A DNA stretch of 63,159 bases, counting the filler, from Octopus bimaculoides (lineage: Eukaryota), in NCBI RefSeq assembly GCF_001194135.2. It is 4 parts of 3 records of this genome, joined end to end, with 100 filler letters (N's around TTAATTAATTAA, not from the genome) between each part and the next. Parts side by side here need not be neighbours in the genome. Positions count along the whole stretch, not along the records: positions 60,741 to 63,159 come from NC_069000.1; 3 more parts are not named here. The stretch is one strand, 5' to 3'. The notes under the pieces were generated by a model. That model was not told the origin of the DNA. It saw only the letters and a list, made by a program, of their open reading frames with translations, and did no database searches. Numbering within the stretch: the stretch's first letter is position 1; each line of letters opens with the position of its first letter. This document shows, one piece after another, positions 62,313 to 63,159 of the stretch. A program made the translations under genes and the position numbers.

Positions 62313-62491
62313 TATATATATTATATATAATATAAATAATATATAAATATATCCATACGTGTATGTATGTATGTATGTGTATGTGTGTGTGTGGGGGGGC
62401 GCATGGTTAGGGTGCTGGACTCCTGGTCGTAAGCGTGTGGCTTCGATTCCTGGACCGTGTAACGCGTTGTGTTCTTCAGCAAGACACTTTA

Positions 62492-62522
<31 letters not shown>

Positions 62523-63065
62523 AAGTACAGTTCTTTAAAAGTTTTGCATAAACATCACTTTGTTTCTGAACAAAAAAAAAAATATTAATAAAAAAAAAAC
62601 AAGAAAAACAAAGTTCACATTATGAATGGATCACAAAAATAGTTTATCCGTTAAAATATAGATTTGCTGTGACAAAAGTTTAGCATTCAACCAGATTATT
62701 AAAATACTTTCCGCGCTTTTTTTTCTAATATTACAATTAATTGTAGCAGAAGTTTATTTGCTTTTCATTCTTTGCGTTATTGTTTCAGTGGAGAATCTTT
62801 CGTCGCAAAGTAATTATCTTTATTTCTCGATTGTTCTGTTTGCGATTCCGACCTTCTCACCCGCCGCCTCTCTCCATCTCCCCCCTCCCGTCTCTCTGCT
62901 TCTTTTGTTATGTATAATAGACTGGAGACTGGCACTCGGTCGTTTACGACGACGAGGGTTCCAGTTGATCCGATCAACCGGGACAGCTTGCTCGTGAAAG
63001 TCACGTGCGTGTGGCCGAGCATTCCGTAGATGCGTGTACCCTTAACGTAGTTCTCAGCGACATTC

Positions 63066-63099
<34 letters not shown>

Positions 63100-63159
63100 T
63101 CGTGCGTGTGTGTGTGGGAAATGTGGGGAAGTCCCGCTGTACATACATACATGTGTGTG

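Overview
Repeat-saturated animal genomic DNA, intronic or intergenic, with about 5 kb (~8%) of N gaps. The source is very probably an octopus or other coleoid cephalopod; this is inferred from the SINE families and the microsatellite load and was not verified by any search. No host protein-coding gene can be established; only a few weak candidate exons are seen, and nearly all ORF-track entries are microsatellite or gap artefacts. Transposons present: (i) three lineages of R4/Dong-like (RLE-type) LINEs, which repeatedly begin and end in (TACA)n or (TAA)n tracts and form LINE-microsatellite-LINE trains; (ii) a degenerate near-full-length L1/Tx1 LINE; (iii) a young RTE LINE; (iv) Penelope-like (PLE) fragments with GIY-YIG or RT-thumb regions; (v) mariner elements and MITEs, a non-autonomous Helitron and a hAT remnant; (vi) at least five tRNA-headed SINE families. 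The most notable signal is a set of minimal hammerhead-ribozyme motifs in three different repeat families. One family is a tRNA-headed SINE-like element that carries a hammerhead and inserts with a PLE-like inverted duplication of its own 3' end, flanked by 13-14 bp target-site duplications (TSDs). Family names such as SINE-A or Dong-A are working labels used here only. All protein similarities are by eye, from recalled family motifs.
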